A stretch of 64,000 bases of DNA from Methanosarcinales archaeon (GTDB lineage: Archaea; Halobacteriota; Syntropharchaeia; Alkanophagales; Methanospirareceae), in assembly GCA_030611045.1 (NCBI GenBank), contig JAUWQN010000001.1, positions 1,484 to 65,483 on the forward strand, read 5' to 3'. The notes under the pieces are model-generated. The model was given only the letters and a program-made list of their open reading frames with translations, did not search any database and had not been told where the DNA came from. Below, in pieces: positions 38,220-48,333 of the stretch (position 1 is the stretch's first letter; each line of letters begins with the position of its first letter). The position numbers and the translations under genes were made by a program.

Positions 38220-39467
38220 TTATCGCCGCATTATTAAGGCATCCAAGCCTTTTCTAACTATACCTATTTTAACCTTATCTTTTTTTACACCTGCAAGTGC
38301 TTCGCCTACTGACATGTAGGTTTTTATCTGCCATCTTCTCAGAAGGTGCGCATCAAGCTCAGAAACGATAGACAATCCTAAATGTTTCATTACTTTCCTC
38401 ATATAATATGCTTTATGCCCACCGAGCACAAAATTTGTTTTAATCGCCTCTTCCGCTTCTTCATAGGTTGCAGAATCGTTCATCCAGCTCTCAAAATACG
38501 GGTCACCTATACCATCGCGGCATTCCGCAACCAAAATCAGCTTTCCACCTGGTACTACAGCTCGGTAGCAGTTCTCTATCGCCTTAGTCGCCTGATACAG
38601 ATCCCTATCCTTTGGGAATCCACCAGCACTTACCACCAAGATGTCGAATAACTCGTGAGTTTCACGGCAGAACAGGTCTTTAGCAACCTCAACACCTTTA
38701 TGCAACACTTCGTGCAGGTCTCCTGCATATGCATCTACAACATTACCGTTACCAGAAGCGATGATATTCAGTACGAACTCCGGTGGTGCAAAAGCTGCTG
38801 CCTCCGACATATCCAGATGCACCGGGTTACGCTCTAAGTTTGCCGTCCGAGCATGCTCGTCCACCAAAAGTGCATGGTTCTTTTTTATCGCCTCCCGCGC
38901 TGATATACCCGGGAGAATACTCTTTCTTCCGCCGCCGAACCCGGCATAATAATGTAAAGTTATATCGCCCGTTAAGATCTTCATGTCAGCTTCAACGTAG
39001 TTCCTATTCAGACTTACTGGAGTCCCTCGACTGGTCGTGCCCACATGTACCAGATCTTCCGCATCACAATCATGTATTTTAATGGTATATTGATTGAAGT
39101 ATTTACCAAGAATCCTTTTTAAATCTTCTTCCGTTGGAGGTGAGTGGGTGCCACAGGCAACCAGTAGAGTTATATTGTCTTTATGAGCTTCACCAATCTC
39201 TTCTGTTAAGGCATCAAGCATCATCTCCGTTGGGGTGTCTCTTGTGTGGTCGTCAACAACGATTACTATGGTCTTCGGGTTTTTTGTAGCCATGATCTCC
39301 CGTAACCGTTTTGTGCTTAATGGCTTGCGGAGAGCGTCTTTTATCACATCCACGTTATCGGTAGTGGCGGTTCTTCTGCTATCTCCCTCCTCAACGTCTA
39401 ATAGCTCAGCTTCTTCTATCTCCAAGTCTATCTGCTTGGTGCCGTAGGGTATTTGGATCTTTGTCAT
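38220..39467 (-). CDS. LarA-family (nickel-pincer-nucleotide-dependent lactate racemase-like, DUF2088) protein
   Basis: 415 aa. 'IPYG...', 'ACGTHSPP', 'HYYAGFGGGRKSILPG' (cofactor-binding Lys context), and 'KDRDLYQ'. Confidence 0.65.
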   Translation of the reverse strand: MTKIQIPYGTKQIDLEIEEAELLDVEEGDSRRTATTDNVDVIKDALRKPLSTKRLREIMATKNPKTIVIVVDDHTRDTPTEMMLDALTEEIGEAHKDNITLLVACGTHSPPTEEDLKRILGKYFNQYTIKIHDCDAEDLVHVGTTSRGTPVSLNRNYVEADMKILTGDITLHYYAGFGGGRKSILPGISAREAIKKNHALLVDEHARTANLERNPVHLDMSEAAAFAPPEFVLNIIASGNGNVVDAYAGDLHEVLHKGVEVAKDLFCRETHELFDILVVSAGGFPKDRDLYQATKAIENCYRAVVPGGKLILVAECRDGIGDPYFESWMNDSATYEEAEEAIKTNFVLGGHKAYYMRKVMKHLGLSIVSELDAHLLRRWQIKTYMSVGEALAGVKKDKVKIGIVRKGLDALIMRR

Positions 39468-39705
39468 TGTCTGTTGTTAGCTTCCTACTATACTTACAGA
39501 GAGTTACGCCTAAAAGATTATTTGTTGGAATGTGATGTTAATTTGAGTCAACTCTAAGAACTGCTGGAGCATAAAAGTTCAAAGACGGCATAAAACCAAA
39601 AGAGAATAAACGGAAGTCGATATTTCCACCGGAAATGGTGGGGTGTCCGGGTATAGTATACCTTAACACCTTTTTAGTATCGCTCTCCAATAGAATCTAA
39701 ATGAT

Positions 39706-40398
39706 ATGGCAAGGACGAAAATAGCAGTTTGTGTCTGCTCAGGTGGAATAGATTCCACGGTTGCGGCAACCATTGCATCACAGGAAGGATACAATTTGTA
39801 TTTTTTCCATGCATCCTACGGGCAAAGAGCAGAGGCGTGTGAAAAAGAAACAGTAGAGATAATAGCGCGGTACTTAGGTGCAAAGGAATTGAAGTTTGTG
39901 GAAATACCGTTTTTGAAGGAGCTTGGCGGGTCTGCTCTAACGGACGCCAAAAGAACGGTTCCAGTGGGCGAAGAAGTGCATTTAGATTCAGATAAAGAGA
40001 CGCCGCCTACCTGGGTGCCCTGTCGAAATTTAATCCTTTTAGCGCATGCGAGCGCTTATGCGGAGGTTATCGGCGCAGATGCTCTTTTCGTGGGCTTCAA
40101 TGCAGAAGAGGCACGGTCGTATCCGGACAATGAGGCGGAATTCGTTAAGCGGTATAATACGGTATTAGAGAAAGCAGTAGCATCTTTTTCTCGCGTACCT
40201 TCCGTAAAAGCACCGTTAGTGCATTTGTTGAAACCGGAAATAATAAAGAAAGGGATGGAAGTCAAAGCACCTTTACTCTTGACTTATTCATGCTATCTGG
40301 GTGAAGAGAAGCATTGTGGGATTTGTGCGTCCTGTTTACATCGGAGGCGAGGGTTCAAAGATGCTGGTGTGGTGGATCTGACTGAGTATATACGCTGA
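39706..40398 (+). CDS. queC: 7-cyano-7-deazaguanine synthase QueC
   Basis: 230 aa. PP-loop 'CSGGIDS', 'VPCRN', C-terminal Zn motif 'CYLGEEKHCGICASC'. Confidence 0.85.
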   Translation: MARTKIAVCVCSGGIDSTVAATIASQEGYNLYFFHASYGQRAEACEKETVEIIARYLGAKELKFVEIPFLKELGGSALTDAKRTVPVGEEVHLDSDKETPPTWVPCRNLILLAHASAYAEVIGADALFVGFNAEEARSYPDNEAEFVKRYNTVLEKAVASFSRVPSVKAPLVHLLKPEIIKKGMEVKAPLLLTYSCYLGEEKHCGICASCLHRRRGFKDAGVVDLTEYIR

Positions 40399-40515
40399 AT
40401 AACGAGTAGAAAAATCCCAAATCCTAAGCAACACTTTTTCTTTTTAGAAAAAAGAAAACCTGTGCTAAAAGAAAAAATAATGGGTGGTTAGGATTTCGGA
40501 TTTAGAGTTTAGAGA

Positions 40516-41370
40516 TCACACCAGAGGCTTAGGTTGTCTATCCTCGGGAAGCACTGGCAACCTCATGGTATTCAACAACAAAGTATCTTCGACTTCTTTG
40601 GCACGTTCTAAAAGCAGTTCCTTGCCTATGGACGTGAGTGCGAATATCGGGATTGCGGTGCCCGCCTGTAAAAGGGCTTTTTCTTTTGCCAGTTCTCTTA
40701 TGTGCGGTGATGCGCAAGCAGTAATAAGGTCAGCGATCTCGCAGAACGCCTCTGCATCCTTTCTGGAGATGCCCGTGAGATGCACACCGAATATCACTAC
40801 ATGCTTGTTGATAACTCTACATTTTTCAGCATCTTCCACTGTGGATACTGTAACACCTACTCTTTCGTATCCGAGTTCAAGTGCCATCTGCAACCCATCC
40901 GGCTGGTCTATCCTTGGCGGATCAAGAGTTTCCCCACCTTTATCCTTTAGCTTCTTTATTATCCCTTCAATCGGCGTGGTCTCAATTACACCACTTAACC
41001 GTGCGCCTATTCCCTGCACAAGTGCGGGATTGGCAGTGATTACCGTGCCTGCACCTTCACAAACCGTTACGGTGCTGTCGAGCAAACCGCGACGAAGCGC
41101 AGTCATAAATGTCTCCGAAGCACCAAAACCAACGAAAGCGTCCATCTCTACTACTCTATCCCCGGTGCACATCCCAAAATCGCGTATCCTGAATTCAATA
41201 TTATCTTTTATTTCTTGCTCGTTCAGTTCCGTTATCCCGCGTATCTTTTCCCACAATCGGCAATACGTGAGTAGAGGTTTCCCTACATCAACGACCTTAC
41301 CCTCTTCTACCACAACTCTCGCTTTTCCCAAAGTCTCAAAGACATGGTGATCTCTTTTCATCTTATTCAC
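40516..41370 (-). CDS. conserved archaeal hypothetical protein (possibly DUF2099 / methanogenesis-marker-8-like)
   Basis: 284 aa with no catalytic motif recognised. Family assignment is from weak recollection only. Confidence 0.3.
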   Translation of the reverse strand: MNKMKRDHHVFETLGKARVVVEEGKVVDVGKPLLTYCRLWEKIRGITELNEQEIKDNIEFRIRDFGMCTGDRVVEMDAFVGFGASETFMTALRRGLLDSTVTVCEGAGTVITANPALVQGIGARLSGVIETTPIEGIIKKLKDKGGETLDPPRIDQPDGLQMALELGYERVGVTVSTVEDAEKCRVINKHVVIFGVHLTGISRKDAEAFCEIADLITACASPHIRELAKEKALLQAGTAIPIFALTSIGKELLLERAKEVEDTLLLNTMRLPVLPEDRQPKPLV

Positions 41371-41502
41371 AACTCTTCAGTCCCACTTTAAACTGTAACT
41401 CATCAAATTAAATGAAATAGAAAATTTTAAGAGGGTGCAAACTATTAGATTTTACATAAAATCTTAAAATCCAAAATCTTTACATATCTTAAAGTAATCA
41501 CG

Positions 41503-42459
41503 ATGAAATTAAAATTGACCGAATCGTCGGAGTTAACGATTGAAAAAGCAGGTGAAGAGCCTTTCCACTCTATTAATCTGGAGAATGGCATATCTGTAGA
41601 ATCCTTTTTATCATTGTTAAAGGAGATTGAAACTTTCATTCCAGAGTTTGAAGACGCGATTGGGTTGCAAGGCGCGACGACTCGGATAGGTGAACGATTG
41701 CATGAAGCCATCCATGCTGGACGGACAACTATTGAACGGCATTTAACGAATCAGTACTTCTCAGAGTTCGAGATAAAGTCAGATACGGCCCACATCTTGA
41801 TTGAGAATTATGAGATGGCAAAGACAAGGGTGGGGCTACTAAAACGAGCGTATCGTGCGTATGACTTCACCGTTTTGAGGTTTATGCTCACCAGGCAGGT
41901 ACATGAGGATACGCATTCGCATATTCACAAAACGGATTATTCAGCGTTATTCTCGGAGCTCGTGGACAAAACAGAGAGGCTGATAGAAGAGGAAAGCCCC
42001 TCAGCGAGGATAAAAATAAAGAAACTACCATTGGAACTCACGGCACCGATTTATGTCAAGGAGAAAGAAGAGCTGGTCGCAAGGAGAATGCAACGATTAG
42101 CGCTCAATGCTTTCTTGAAGGCGTATTATGAGCACGATCCTGACTGGTATGTATTGTTAGGTGTGCCGCTGTTTTTACCTCCACATCCAGAAGTTGTTGA
42201 AGGGATAAAACGAATGACCAAGAGAGACGTGGACTTCAAAAGTGGATTCTTGAGTACGTACAGGAAAATACTGGACGAATATGCGGGCGCGATAGCTACC
42301 AGTGAAGAAAGAATTTATGAGGATGCAAGGTTATATCTTCAGTCGAGAACGGACGACCTGATATATCTTGTGAAGCGGTGTTTGGAAGGTGATTATAGCG
42401 GTTTGAGAACGAGAGAGAGGGAGTTAGTGTGGAAACCCGATCGTGGGCTGAAAATTTAG
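41503..42459 (+). CDS. hypothetical protein
   Basis: 318 aa ORF. The AT-rich upstream region contains repeated 'AAAATCTT'/'TTTACATA' motifs. Confidence 0.35.
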   Translation: MKLKLTESSELTIEKAGEEPFHSINLENGISVESFLSLLKEIETFIPEFEDAIGLQGATTRIGERLHEAIHAGRTTIERHLTNQYFSEFEIKSDTAHILIENYEMAKTRVGLLKRAYRAYDFTVLRFMLTRQVHEDTHSHIHKTDYSALFSELVDKTERLIEEESPSARIKIKKLPLELTAPIYVKEKEELVARRMQRLALNAFLKAYYEHDPDWYVLLGVPLFLPPHPEVVEGIKRMTKRDVDFKSGFLSTYRKILDEYAGAIATSEERIYEDARLYLQSRTDDLIYLVKRCLEGDYSGLRTRERELVWKPDRGLKI

Positions 42460-42471
42460 GTGGCCTGAAAA

Positions 42472-43251
42472 ATGGATGTTAAAAATATCCTTATTGAGCG
42501 AGGCATAAGAGCTACGAGGAGTTTAGGGCAGTATTTTCTGATTGATGACCGCGTACCATCGAGAATGGTGGAGTATGCAGGTGTAGAGCGTGGTGATGTG
42601 GTGCTGGAGATCGGCGCGGGCGTGGGAAGCGTTACCGAGAAACTGGAGCGAAAAGCGAGGAAGGTGTATGCGGTGGAGAAGGACAAGGAACTGTGTGAGT
42701 TATTAAGGGAACGATATGGGAATAAAAAAAGCATAACGGAGGTAATAGTGGGGGACATTATGAAAATAGAGTTACCGGAATTTGATAAAATCGTTGCGAG
42801 CATACCTTTTTCGATATCCTCGGCAATCACGTATAAATTGCTGCTTCATAACGAAGGCTTTGGACTTGCGGTGCTGTTATATCAGAGAGAGTTTGCACAG
42901 AAAATGACTGCAAAGCCGAGATCGAAACTGTACGGGCGGTTATCCGTTATCTCGCAGGCGCTGGCAGAGATTGAAATTCTTGAAATTGTTCACCGAGATG
43001 CTTTTTATCCTCCACCGCCGGTTAAAACAGCGATAGTGCGATTGAAGGAGAAAGAGAACAATCGCGGATTAATAGAGGATAAAAACAAGTTTTTTGTGTT
43101 CGTCACTACAGCGTTTGATCAGAGGAGAAAGAAGATGAGTAGTATATTCAAATCGCGTTTTTCGGGAAGCTTAGGACTTGCAGTGTTGGAGAAGAGACCG
43201 GAGGAGTTAAGTCCAGAGGAGTTTGTAAAATTAGCTCAAGAATGTCATTGA
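42472..43251 (+). CDS. rsmA: 16S rRNA (adenine1518/1519-N6)-dimethyltransferase RsmA/KsgA (Dim1)
   Basis: 259 aa. 'GQYFLID', SAM motif 'VLEIGAGVGSVT', 'SIPFSISS', C-terminal helical domain. Confidence 0.9.
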   Translation: MDVKNILIERGIRATRSLGQYFLIDDRVPSRMVEYAGVERGDVVLEIGAGVGSVTEKLERKARKVYAVEKDKELCELLRERYGNKKSITEVIVGDIMKIELPEFDKIVASIPFSISSAITYKLLLHNEGFGLAVLLYQREFAQKMTAKPRSKLYGRLSVISQALAEIEILEIVHRDAFYPPPPVKTAIVRLKEKENNRGLIEDKNKFFVFVTTAFDQRRKKMSSIFKSRFSGSLGLAVLEKRPEELSPEEFVKLAQECH

Positions 43252-43261
43252 AGGCATACAT

Positions 43262-44107
43262 TTAAACACCCAGCATCATCCTGAGGGTGTTGCGCACGGC
43301 AGGTGCAAGACCAATAACGATAAGCGCTAACAAAACGAGATTTTTCAACTCTATTTCCTCATCCCCGGTAAATTGCGTATTCAGCACGTACAATATCGGG
43401 ACGAGAAATCCGAGCTTAAGGGGAAACATTCCGGCTGCTGTGCCCGTATACTTAACGATAAGCCCTTCTACTACATGTTTCCCGGTGTAACCAAGCATAT
43501 CAATCCCGATATAAGAGGAAGAGGCATCGAGCAGATGGGCGGATAACACAGCAACATTCACCTTTTCGGTGAGAAACCGAACACCGAAATTCGCAGCAAT
43601 TACGTATATTACGCTTACGAGTATCCCTGAAATACCGATGACGGCAAGAAGAACCCAACCGGAAACTATTTCCCCCATTCCCACCAGGATTGTAAGATTT
43701 GCAAAGAACCACAGCACTCCGATCAGACTAAAAGCCAGCGTGTAATCATAATCCTTTATCCTGTTTAACCGGGATAATTTCACCGATAGTAAGAGCAGCG
43801 AAATGCAGCAAAAGAACATAAGAAAGAAGATTAACGGTGTAATCAGCAGGTAGCTCAGCGGAGGCGAAAATAATTCTGCGTCTTCCATTACCCGTAGACT
43901 CGCGCCAACAATTATGTACGGTGATACAGCAGCGATAAAACGGTGGTCTATCTTTACGTCGAGCTTCTTCAGTATTTTCAATGTCAAAAAGAGGCATGCT
44001 ACCAGTAATAACGCCCAGGTTATCGTATTTACCAGATTGTAGCCAGTGTCATGGGTTATAGGATGGATGTAGTATGTTTCGAGAAATTGTCTTAGTGCTT
44101 CGGTCAT
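43262..44107 (-). CDS. polytopic membrane protein (hypothetical)
   Basis: 281 aa with about 7 predicted TM helices. Confidence 0.4.
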   Translation of the reverse strand: MTEALRQFLETYYIHPITHDTGYNLVNTITWALLLVACLFLTLKILKKLDVKIDHRFIAAVSPYIIVGASLRVMEDAELFSPPLSYLLITPLIFFLMFFCCISLLLLSVKLSRLNRIKDYDYTLAFSLIGVLWFFANLTILVGMGEIVSGWVLLAVIGISGILVSVIYVIAANFGVRFLTEKVNVAVLSAHLLDASSSYIGIDMLGYTGKHVVEGLIVKYTGTAAGMFPLKLGFLVPILYVLNTQFTGDEEIELKNLVLLALIVIGLAPAVRNTLRMMLGV

Positions 44108-44247
44108 AGTCAGTCCGTAAGGGAATAATAGGGTGAGAGAGGGAAAAGATTAAATAGCTTTTCAACATAGTTCTCTATAGGAAATATCCAAACAAAACCA
44201 AGGAAGAGAATGCCGGAATACTGCAAAAAATATAAAACTCAGATAAA

Positions 44248-46029
44248 ATGCCCCCAAACATCCCAACACTGCATAAAATAGGAGCGATAATAAAAGAAAG
44301 CGACACCGTAAAGACATTCATCTTTAACGCGCCGGAGATCGCAAACGAAAGCAAGCCGGGGCAATTCGTGATGGTTTGGGAACCCGGTATAGACGAGATA
44401 CCGATTTCAATAGCTCACGCATCACCGGACGGGGATCTGGAACTTGCAATTGCGGACGTCGGCGACTGCTCTCATAGCCTACATCAAAAAGAGGTGGGGG
44501 CTTTTGTAGGTTTAAGAGGCCCTTGCGGTTCGAGCTTCTCAATAAAAGGCGACAGGATTTGCATGGCTGCTGGTGGGTACGGCGCGGCGCCGTTGCGGTT
44601 TTCCGCGGGCAGAGCTAAAGAATCAGATAAGCACATTGTCGTCTTAGAAGGCGCAAAAAGTAGTGCAGAGCTTCTGTACGTGAACGAATTCCGAGATTTA
44701 GGTTGCGATGTTAAAGTAGCAACTGAAGATGGTTCAGAAGGTTATAAAGGGTTTGTCACAGAGTTATTTGAAGAACTGGTGGCGTCAGGTGAGGAATTCG
44801 AGCAGGTATTGACCTGCGGACCAGAGCTGATGATGAAACGCGTGTGCGAAATTACGAAACGTGAGGAAATCCCTACGCAATTATCGGTAGAACGAATAAT
44901 AAAATGTAGTTGTGGCGCGTGCGGCGCTTGTGACCTTGGTGGGTATCGAGTGTGTAAAGACGGCCCGGTATTCAATGCCGAAGAGCTTGCAAGCACGGAA
45001 TTCGGGCGATGGAAGCGAGAGAAGAGTGGTAAACGAATCCTTATTACTCCTTCCGTAGCAGGAAAAGAAGTTGAACTCTTATCAATTCCGCCTTCTCAGT
45101 TCACGCCCGAATACGAACCTTTATTAAAAACAGAAGTTTGTGGGATTGCGTTTCCCAATCCGTTTATGAACGCCGCGGGCTTTGGCGTTTCCGGTAAGTT
45201 ATTGTACCGATATGCAGTCGCAGGTGCGGGCGCAGTCGTAACGAAATCAATTGGGTTGGATGAGCGCGAAGGGTATCCCAATCCTACGTTTCTTGAAATC
45301 GCACCGCGGAGTTACGTGAACGCAATGGGGCTACCAAATCCAGGGATACAGAATTTCAAGCAGGAGATAGCGGATGCGAAATACGCACGTGTACCGTTGA
45401 CCTTGAGCATCTTTGGTAAGAGCGTGGAGGAATGCCGCGAAGTAGCGAAAATCGCTAAAGACTATCCCGTAGACATGTTTGAATTCGATGCCTCGTGCCC
45501 TCATACAGAGTTCGCAGCGGTTGAGCACAACCCCAAACTGCTGAGCGAGATAATAAAGGCGATAAAAGAGATTGTGCAGCCCAAACCAGTTGCCGTGAAG
45601 ATCTCACCGAATGTGGGTGCACCTGTAGGATTGGCACTGACGGCGCAACGGGCTGGCGCTGATGCGATTACCGCCATCAACACGGTGATAAGCAGACCCG
45701 TGGAAAATACGCTTGATATGCCCCTTTTAGGTAATCCCACGGGCTACGGCGGTAAATCAGGTAAGGATTTAACAGTTGGCGGTAAGCAGATTGTTTTTGC
45801 TCTCTACGAGGAGTTGGAGATACCGGTAATCGCAGTTGGCGGTATATTCACTGCTCAGGACGTGATAGACTATGCGAAGAACGGTGCACGGTTGTTCCAG
45901 GTGGGTAGCGCACTGGTAAGCGAAGGGGTTGACATCTTCTCTCGGCTGAAAGAGGATTTGACGGGGTATCTTCGTACTAATAAGTATAAAAATATCCGGG
46001 AGCTGGTGGGTGAGGTGCATAGGAGATGA
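44248..46029 (+). CDS. fused dihydroorotate dehydrogenase: electron-transfer subunit (PyrK, FAD/[2Fe-2S]) + catalytic subunit (PyrD, class 1B)
   Basis: 593 aa in a single ORF. The N-terminal roughly 255 aa form a ferredoxin-reductase-like domain ending in 'CSCGACGACDLGGYRVC'. After a linker, the rest is PyrD ('VCGIAFPNPFMNAAGFGVSG', 'ISPNV', 'VIAVGGI'). Confidence 0.8.
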   Translation: MPPNIPTLHKIGAIIKESDTVKTFIFNAPEIANESKPGQFVMVWEPGIDEIPISIAHASPDGDLELAIADVGDCSHSLHQKEVGAFVGLRGPCGSSFSIKGDRICMAAGGYGAAPLRFSAGRAKESDKHIVVLEGAKSSAELLYVNEFRDLGCDVKVATEDGSEGYKGFVTELFEELVASGEEFEQVLTCGPELMMKRVCEITKREEIPTQLSVERIIKCSCGACGACDLGGYRVCKDGPVFNAEELASTEFGRWKREKSGKRILITPSVAGKEVELLSIPPSQFTPEYEPLLKTEVCGIAFPNPFMNAAGFGVSGKLLYRYAVAGAGAVVTKSIGLDEREGYPNPTFLEIAPRSYVNAMGLPNPGIQNFKQEIADAKYARVPLTLSIFGKSVEECREVAKIAKDYPVDMFEFDASCPHTEFAAVEHNPKLLSEIIKAIKEIVQPKPVAVKISPNVGAPVGLALTAQRAGADAITAINTVISRPVENTLDMPLLGNPTGYGGKSGKDLTVGGKQIVFALYEELEIPVIAVGGIFTAQDVIDYAKNGARLFQVGSALVSEGVDIFSRLKEDLTGYLRTNKYKNIRELVGEVHRR

Positions 46030-46044
46030 GAATCAAGATCAGGA

Positions 46045-47505
46045 CTAAAAGAAATTAGTCAGCGTCTTTTGATTCTCTGACTCTTTTCCTTCCTCTTCCT
46101 TAGGTTCTACTTTTTCTATTTTCCTTCGTTCTTCTTCACCAACTTCGGCTTTAACCACACGTTCTTTTTCAGAGACACGCTCCTTCCCTCTTTTCGGAGA
46201 TACCGCAAACGCATCCTGGTATATCTGCTTCGCTTTTTCTTTATCAGTATCACCCAGTAGAAACGCTATTTGAGGCACATCCAGTCGCAGTGATGCAGTT
46301 ATCTCCGCAGCTTTTCGTTCATCCTCAAAAAATATCGGTAAAAACGGAACGACGAAAAATAGCGCATAGCTCCGAGGCACTTTGCTATAGTCCGCTATCT
46401 TCTTCGCGAGTTCTTCCTGCATCGGTCCTGATTTCCTATCTTCTCCTTCTTGCAGTCGAACGCGCTGCCACGGCGAACGGAAATATCGCTGCTTGCGTCG
46501 TTCCCATCCTTCTCTTTTTCCTTCCTGCATCTCTTTTGCCGAAAGCACGCCGCACGCCATCAAACTTGATGCATAACGCCAGAACTTGTAATTCTCCCGC
46601 CGTCTCACCCGCCCTAAGAACATATCCGACCTGCTCAGGTAATGCAGCCCGTGCAAAAAGCTTTCGTCATCATACTCGTACGAAAAATTCTTGTAGATCC
46701 ATTGGATGCTCTCCTCAGGTGTCTTATCAAGACTGTAAAGAGCGGAAAGCGCGCTTTGTATGTCGTATCCCTCTGCACCAAAAATTACACTCAAAACGCC
46801 GAAAATATCCCCCTCAACGTCTCTCCATCCTGTCGCTATGTCTTCTTCACGGATACTCTCCAATTTCGATTCTGACACTGAAATAGCCTGCAAGTCGTTT
46901 ATCGCAGACCGCAAATCACCATGCGCATTTTTAGCCAGACTAATCAGCGCACTATCATCTATCTTGATCTCGGCATCATCGCTTATCCTTCTCAGCACAC
47001 GGAAAACCGTTCCTGCCTTTATCTGCTCGAACGTAATAACCTTACAATATCTCTGTAAACCTTGCCCCATTTTGTATTTATCGTTCGCTGTGAGGATTAT
47101 TGGTTGTGTGCTTCTCTTCACTATCTCGGTTATCGCCTTTGTTCCACCTCGGTCTTCTGTGCCATGAAGGTTGTCAGCCTCGTCCAGAATGATCAATCTC
47201 GTCGTCTGACTGAAAGTAGTGCTTGTTGAAGCAGGTCCAACTATGCTTTTTATCACGCCCGCACTTCTCTGGTCCGATGCGTTTAACTCTATAACCTCCC
47301 ACCCTTTCTCAGCAGCAAGTGCATACGCTGCTGACGTCTTGCCACAGCCTGCAGGTCCGTGCAGAATAGCAGCTTTCTTCGACTTCGCTTTTAAAACGTC
47401 CTCAGCCCACTTGGTCAACTCTTCTATTGCTTTTTCGTTACCAACAACCTCTCTCAACTTTTTTGGGCGGTATTTCTCTGTCCATTCCACGCTACTTCCC
47501 CGCAT
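46045..47505 (-). CDS. rfcL: replication factor C large subunit
   Basis: 486 aa. 'EKYRPKKL', Walker A 'HGPAGCGKTSAA', 'DEADNL', C-terminal charged tail ending in PIP-box-like 'QKTLTNFF'. Confidence 0.85.
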   Translation of the reverse strand: MRGSSVEWTEKYRPKKLREVVGNEKAIEELTKWAEDVLKAKSKKAAILHGPAGCGKTSAAYALAAEKGWEVIELNASDQRSAGVIKSIVGPASTSTTFSQTTRLIILDEADNLHGTEDRGGTKAITEIVKRSTQPIILTANDKYKMGQGLQRYCKVITFEQIKAGTVFRVLRRISDDAEIKIDDSALISLAKNAHGDLRSAINDLQAISVSESKLESIREEDIATGWRDVEGDIFGVLSVIFGAEGYDIQSALSALYSLDKTPEESIQWIYKNFSYEYDDESFLHGLHYLSRSDMFLGRVRRRENYKFWRYASSLMACGVLSAKEMQEGKREGWERRKQRYFRSPWQRVRLQEGEDRKSGPMQEELAKKIADYSKVPRSYALFFVVPFLPIFFEDERKAAEITASLRLDVPQIAFLLGDTDKEKAKQIYQDAFAVSPKRGKERVSEKERVVKAEVGEEERRKIEKVEPKEEEGKESENQKTLTNFF

Positions 47506-47619
47506 TACTGTTATATCATTAGACCTCCCATCCTTAATATCTTTCTTTCAACGGGGAAAGAACTACCGGAAAAAGCGAAAAGTTCTTATTTAAAAATAAA
47601 AAAGCTTCACCTTAGAAGC

Positions 47620-48309
47620 ATGAGCGAGGATAAAAAGGTGAGGAAAAAGGAAAAGGCAGCAGAATCTGCAGCTTCTTTAATTAAAGACGGCATGGTGGTC
47701 GGTCTTGGCACGGGGTCTACGGCAGAACTTGCGATAAGAAGGATAGGCAGGAGGATAAAGGATGAGGAGCTTGAGATTTTGGGCGTTCCCACCTCGCTTA
47801 GAACAGAAATGATAGCAATAGATTATGGTATTACACTTACCACGCTATCCGAGCATTCCTCTTTGGATATCTGTATAGATGGTGCAGATCAGGTTGATTC
47901 TCAACTCAATTTGATTAAAGGCGGCGGTGGTGCGCATACAAGGGAGAAAATAGTGTCGTATGCAGCGAAAAAACTGGTTATCTGTGTTGAAGAAGAGAAG
48001 GTGGTAGAGCAGCTCAATAAACCGGTGCCTTTAGAAGTTCTGCCCTACGCTGTGAAAGTAGTAGAGAAACAGTTGGAAGAGCTTGGTGGCACGCATGTTT
48101 TAAGGACTGATAGAAGCAGGGGTGGCTATTTTGTAACGGAGCATGGCAATCTAATAATAGATGCGGATTTTGGCGTTATAAGTAATCCTGGTGAGATGAG
48201 CGTTGCACTTTCTTCTGTAGTCGGCTCTGTCGAGCATGGGATATTTACAAATGCTACTGAGGTACATGTAGGAAATGATAAAGGGGTTAAGATATTAAAG
48301 AGAGATTAA
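47620..48309 (+). CDS. rpiA: ribose-5-phosphate isomerase A
   Basis: 229 aa. 'VVGLGTGSTAE', 'GVPTS', 'IDGADQVD', 'KGGGGAHTREK'. Confidence 0.85.
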   Translation: MSEDKKVRKKEKAAESAASLIKDGMVVGLGTGSTAELAIRRIGRRIKDEELEILGVPTSLRTEMIAIDYGITLTTLSEHSSLDICIDGADQVDSQLNLIKGGGGAHTREKIVSYAAKKLVICVEEEKVVEQLNKPVPLEVLPYAVKVVEKQLEELGGTHVLRTDRSRGGYFVTEHGNLIIDADFGVISNPGEMSVALSSVVGSVEHGIFTNATEVHVGNDKGVKILKRD

Positions 48310-48333
48310 ACATAAAGAGGAGGCCGGAGAAAA

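Noticed and set aside
39706-40398. Possibility that the PP-loop ATPase next to LarA is LarE (nickel-pincer nucleotide cofactor sulfur transferase)
   Set aside because: It carries the QueC-specific 'VPCRN' and C-terminal CxxC...CxxC zinc motif and has QueC length, so it is called QueC.
40484-41350. 288-aa plus-strand ORF rich in Ser/Thr/Pro, antisense to the 40516-41370 gene
   Set aside because: Low-complexity composition and complete overlap with a better-supported minus-strand gene. It looks like a shadow ORF.
44226-44237. 'AAAAATATAAAA' TATA-like element upstream of the pyrK-pyrD fusion
   Set aside because: It is centred only about 16 nt from the ATG, too close for an archaeal TATA box (about -27 from the TSS) unless the true start codon is further downstream. 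Not called.
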